Part shown: in pieces, positions 58,166-64,000 of the stretch
How the letters are laid out: every line of letters starts with the position of its first letter
Position numbering within the stretch: position 1 is the first letter of the stretch
NCBI GenBank assembly: GCA_964016885.1
Contig: OZ024742.1
Span: 328,724,001-328,788,000 of the forward strand
Direction of reading: 5' to 3'
Origin: Eledone cirrhosa
Lineage: Eukaryota
DNA length: 64,000 nt
Position numbers and translations under genes: made by a program
Notes under the pieces: model-generated
Databases searched by the model: none
What the model was told of the DNA's origin: nothing
What the model saw: the letters and a program-made list of their open reading frames with translations, nothing else

Positions 58166-58689
58166 ATATATATATATATATATATATACATATCATGCAG
58201 ACATATATGTATTAGAAAGTCCTGTTTACATACAACAGATTTCAAGTGTTGGTAAATGTAGATGTTGGCGCAAACAATAGAAATTTAATGGCAACAGTCC
58301 AATTGGTGTATTAACTCTATGCAAAATTGCTGTTATAGTGTTTGTTTACATCTAAACGTAGTGGGAATGACATATGGAAAGGCCGATGTTATAAAACAGT
58401 TCTCAAAAGGAAACGTGGAATACATCTGGTATATTGAACCTTATGTTTGGCGCACTGAAACAATCGTCATATATATATATACACATGATGGCTGCCCCCT
58501 CGATATAGAGTATGGCAATTGCACGATATACCATTATTAATAATTAATTAATGCTATCGTGGAATGCGTCTGCGTGAAGATTTTTTTAAAGTGAGGAAAG
58601 ACTGTGCACTGAGCCAATCCCACTCTCTGAGCGACAGTAATTATAACCCGAAAAGAAGAAAAGATCAAAATCATCGGTAACTACTAAGC

Positions 58690-59183
<494 letters not shown>

Positions 59184-59925
59184 AAAGAGATATTTAATTC
59201 GTTGATAATTCAACAAATATATTTATAACAGATTCGAAGCACTCGTTTATTTACTCACCTCAATCCGGATTCTCACTTGAAAAATCTTTTATTGTTTAAT
59301 TTCTAATTGTTAATTTTTTAATTTATAATTTCTGATACTTGATTTAGGTTTTTCGATTTTAAGTTGTAATATTTAGTTCTAATTTCACTTATAACTTCCA
59401 ATATGAAACTATGATACATAGAATTAAATATTTCCTCTTAGAGGTTGATGGTCAGTTATACTGTTCATGATTAGTGAGAGGTAGTATAGAGACCTGTAAA
59501 TACTAACACTCTCCCATCCCCACTGGCTTTCGGCTGACTACCACAGACGGGATGGGTAGCAGTAAACTATGGTGCAGGCTTGAATGGGTCATTGTTTGGC
59601 TGAGAGACGGAACTGACTAAGCGAATTTCGTTTAAATCTGCGGTAGCTAATGGTCAACTTCCCCCTGGACCTGCGCCTGCGCAGACCAGTGGGGGTGAAT
59701 TGGTACTCACAGGGGAACGGATGAAGAACCCAAAAGCACATACTTTGTCCGTTCCCATGTCGCTTCAATTTGGATTGCCTCGGAAACATAACCTTATTAT
59801 GTAACAACCCATCTGACGATGTCGCGAGACTGGCGCACAGAACAGTGTGGCCACTTTCGCCATTGAAATATATATATCACAGCATTATTATTAACTATAT
59901 TATTAAATATATATATCTATATATA

Positions 59926-60000
<75 letters not shown>

Positions 60001-60005
<5 letters not shown>

Positions 60006-63000
60006 AGAATTGAACGGGAACAAAACAGAGAAGCAGTACTAACAAAGGTTTATTAGTTTCACGCTCTTGAGAGTGGGGTGGTGATGGGGAACGACGTTTC
60101 GGGCATAAGCCCTTCTTCAGGCGAAAAGTGTGTGGGAAGAGAGTTCCAAGGGTGTGTAGGGGAGTGGGGGCGAGACGTTTAGAAAAAAGGGGGTGAGAGG
60201 AAACGGTACAAATGAAAATAAATATAAAAGCATAATAAAAATAAAAATAAACAGGAAGTTAAACAAGTGGTGGAAGGGTGTGGGGCGTGTAGGGGTGGCG
60301 GCGGGTGGAGTGGGGAGAGGGAGGCGGGGTGTCCGAGCGGGGAGGGCGTAAGGTGGTGTGTGTGTGTAGGTGTACGTGTGTGTGTGTGTGTATATATGAA
60401 TGTGAGAGTTGGGGGTAGAACGGGGTTGCATGTTCAGGAAAAGATGTGTGTAGGTCGGTGTGTGCGTACGTGTGTGGATGGGGAGGAGTCAGATGGGTGG
60501 GGGAGAGGGTAGAGGATTCCGGAGGCTGAGTGTGTAAATATGTGGTGGTACGCACGTGTGTCTGGTGTTTATACGTATTGTGGATGTAGGTGGCTTGTGA
60601 GAAGAACATTTTTTTTTAGTGTATATCCGTGGGTAAGTTCCTAAGGTAGTTCCGTAGAGGATGTGGTGGGATGCCGGATAATTTACTAGTGATGGAGTTG
60701 ATTCGGGGGTGCGATGTCCAATGTGTGTAATCCGTGGTTGGGTTGGTCGGAAGAGGGGAAATGGTCAGTGGGTCAAGGCAGGAGGAGGGTTGTGTGTCAG
60801 TGTGTGCGGAGAGGTGGTCAGAGATTCAGGGCATAGCAGCAGTCGAGGAGAATGGCAGGTGGAGAAAGTCGGCGTGTCAGTGTGTGCGGGGGTGAGGTGG
60901 ACAGGGGAGAGGATGGGTAGGTATGAAAGGTGGGGTGGTGAGGGGGTGTATTAGTAGAGGTGTTAGTGGGATGTGTGTGTGTGTGAGAAGGGGTGTGGGT
61001 GGAGCGGGGGAGAGGGGAGAGAAAGGTGTGGGGTCGGTGGAGGGAGTGCAGTGTACTGGCGTGTGTGTGCGTGTTTGGATGAGTGTGCGTGTGTGGTGAA
61101 AGGGGTGTTAGTGGGTGTTAGTATACTGGTGGCGGGGAAGGGTTGAATGCGGGTGTTAGTGGGGGTCAGTGGTGGTAGGGTGTGTAGCGTGGGTGGTGTA
61201 AGTGGGTGTGTGTGTTCGTATGCGTGGGGTCGGGGGGGTTAGTGGTATTAGTTGTGGGGTGGTGGGAGTGAATGTGTGGGTGAGGGTTAGTGGTGGTAGT
61301 AGGCTGTGTGGTTAGTGTGAGTGCGTGTATATATGTACCGGTGGGTGTGTGCGTGATAAGGGGAGGGGAGAAGAAAGGATGTTAGTATTGTTAGTTGGGG
61401 AAGGGTAGTCGGATGTGGGGTGGGCGGTGAAAAGGAGGATTGTGTTAGTGGTGTTAGTGGGGGATATGTATGTGTGGGGGGAGACAGGGCGGTCGAAGGC
61501 TAAATGAATAGGGGAGGGGAGTTCAGGCCGGGGGGAGTGGGGGCCTGTAGGGTGAAGATGGTGCGTTGTTCAACCCTGAGGAGAGAGGCGGGTGTTCCGT
61601 GGCATTGGAGTAAGCCACAGACTGTGAGGTGGTGCGCGGAATGTCCAAGGGCGCCAAAGTGGCGGCCGATGGGGGAACTCCCGCCGAGACGAATATCCCG
61701 GAGGTGTTCAGTAAAACGGTCCGTCTGCCAGGCGACGTCCAGTCTGTCCGACGTAGGTTGCGCTGCACTGTGTGCAGCGAAGTCCATAGATTAGGTTGGA
61801 GGAGATGCAGCGGAAGGCATGCCGGACAGAGAGAGAGTGGCCGTTGGGACCCTGGAAGGTGGTGGTGTTGGTGATGTGGGGACAGGTGTTGCAGCGAGGC
61901 CTGGAACAGGGAAGGGAACCGGGGGGCGGGGAGCTGCGGACGAGCAGGGTGCAGAGATTGCGTTTGAAGGAAGGGAGTGGTGGGGCTGGGAAGATGTGGG
62001 AGGTGAAGGGGTCGGACTGGAGGCGTCGGAAGAGGCGGAGGATGGTGCGGTGGAGGGGTAGTGTGGAGGGGTGGTAGGTGACGAGGAAGGGGAGACGGTT
62101 GGTGGGTGTGCGGTGGCGTGGGGTGAGGCTGGTGGAGCGGTGGACAGCACGGGCGCGAGTGAGAGCGGTGTGGACGAAGGAGGGGGGTAACCTCTGGGGA
62201 TGAAATGGCTGACTAGGGAAAGGGCCTGGGACTCAAAGTCAGCATCTCGGCTACAGAGGTGGCGGATCCTGAGGAGTTGGGAGTAGGGAATAGAGTGTTT
62301 AGTGTGTGTAGGGTGGGAAGAGGTGAAGTCGAGGTAGGAGTGAGAGAGTGTGGGTTTGAAGAAGGCGAATGTGACGAGGGAGTGGTGGGAGGTGTCGAAG
62401 GCGACGGAGATGTCTAAGAAGTGGACGTGGGTGTTGGAGATAGAGGTGGTGAACTGGAGGGAGGGGTGGAAGGAGCAGAAGAAGGAGAGAAAGGAGTCGA
62501 GCTGTTCTCGGGTGAGAGCCGTGGCTCCGATACAGTCGTCGATGTAACGACCGTACACTTCGGGCGTGGGGCCGGTGTACTGGGCAAAGATTTGGGCCTC
62601 AACATGGGCAACAAAAAGGTTGGCATAGTTTGGGCCCATTCTTGTGCCCATGGCTACCCCCGTGACCTGTTGGTAAAACTCACCCGAGAAGGAGAAACAG
62701 TTGAGGGTGAGGACCAGCTCGGCGAGGCGAAGGAGGGTGGGGGTGGAGGGGAGGGGGGAGGTGCGAAGGTCGAGGTAGTGCTTGAGGGCACGTAGGCCGT
62801 CGGCGTGGGGGATGACTGTATAGAGCGACTTGATATGTAGGGTGAAGAGGATGGGCTGTGGGCCGGGTGGGAAGGTGAAGGAGTCGAATATGCGAAGGGC
62901 GTGGTTGGTGTCGGAGATGTGGGGGGGGGTGTCTTGATGAGGGGGGCGAGGATGGAGTCAAGAAAGGCGGAGATGAGTTCGGTGGGGCAGTTGCAAGCGG

Positions 63001-63019
63001 AGACGATGGGTCGGCCGGG
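60001..63019 (-). mobile_element. Penelope-like element (PLE-6), 5'-truncated and frameshifted
   Basis: PGRPIVSACNCPTELIS, MGTRMGPNYANLF, RYIDD, FLDI, SHP..SIPYSQLLRIR, RFTEHLRDI..PIGRHF..PPGLN. ~1.5-kb C/A-rich 3' UTR. (TA)n at both ends. Confidence 0.9.
60087..60123 (-). ncRNA. Minimal hammerhead (PLE-6 3' end)
   Basis: CTGAAGA-A-GGGC TTAT GCCC-GAAA-CGTCG-TT. Stem I is poorly paired in this copy. Confidence 0.7.
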
Positions 63020-63825
63020 ATATATATATATATATACATATATATATACACGCACACACGCACACGCACACATGCACGCACACACACACACACACATACA
63101 CATATATATATGACAGGGTTTATTACAGGGTAACGATAAAGTTAAATCAATCTCAATGGAATTAGTAATATGTAATTTATTGGGGATAGTATTTAAACCC
63201 AATTTATGGTTCATTACTAGAGGCTCTGACACATGTAGATGCCGTTAAGATTTCGATACGAAAAGATAATATAGCAGTTCTAGGATGATACGGGGTTGGC
63301 TTCCGGTTGAATTGACCCGGATTGTCAGTTGATGAATATCCGGTGGTTGTCTATATACATCTGGTGGGTGTTCTGCAATTATTACAGAGATAAGATTTAT
63401 TCTCATGGCAACATTTACTCATTAACTATTTATTTTTCCTTTTCATCCTGAAGGTCTCTTGATGTAATTAAATTTTGTAATCTCTCGTTCGTTTCAGAGG
63501 TTACTAACTGTTTTAACATTAATATATTTGTGGCTTTGTGTTAAGATGAGTCATGCAACGTTCTCAGCTATTGTTTCTCTCTATTAATTATCATAATGTT
63601 TTAAAATTTGAAAAGTGGGCTTATACTCCCGACACTCACACATACGGATTTGATATGCTTCATATATTGTTAAAGGATTTATACACTAGCTTGATATGTG
63701 ATAGCTGCTGCATCACATTTGTATTTATATTTGTGGGTATTCCGTAAAAAAGCACACAAATCCGAACGCAGACACACCCAGAGCAAATGCAAACAATCAT
63801 CTAATGCCCTACAGAAAAATAATTG

Positions 63826-63998
63826 TTTCTACTTTAGGCACAAGGCCAGTGCATTACTGGTACTTTATTTTATCGACCCCGTAAGGATGAAAGGCAAAGT
63901 CATCCTCGGCGGGATTTGAACTCAGATCGTAAAGGGACGTAACTATGCTGGAAAGCATGGCGTCCGACCCTCTACCGATACTGTCAATCCACCGCCCT
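63826..63998 (-). mobile_element. SINE family A, near full length
   Basis: GGTACTTTATTTTATCGACCCCGTAAGGATGAAAGGCAAAGTCATCCTCGGCGGGATTTGAACTC. Confidence 0.82.
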
Positions 63999-64000
63999 AT

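Overview
An AT-rich eukaryotic (animal) window saturated with (TA)n, (CA)n, (ATAC)n and (AAT)n microsatellites. No host protein-coding gene is recognisable, so it is intergenic or deep-intronic. The repeat repertoire suggests an octopus/cephalopod genome (inference from repeat style only). Nearly all non-simple sequence is retroelement-derived: (1) six or more Penelope-like elements (PLEs; RT plus C-terminal GIY-YIG) of several families, mostly bounded by (TA)n and often carrying an inverted copy of their 3' end at the 5' side; (2) about 15 hammerhead-ribozyme (HHR) motifs in PLE termini and in tiny orphan inserts, some with greatly expanded stem II; (3) a near-intact Tx1/L1-type LINE with an uninterrupted 1139-aa ORF2, in head-to-tail array with a rearranged second copy, with (AAT)n at every end; (4) a 5'-truncated R4/Dong-type element in (TAA)n; (5) RTE remnants, a complete non-autonomous Helitron and many tRNA-derived SINEs. 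The most notable patterns are a size continuum of fold-back structures (4.2 kb down to ~0.1 kb), expanded-stem HHRs, and partitioning of different microsatellites among different retroelement clades. All alignments and folds were done by eye, and boundaries are approximate unless a motif is quoted.
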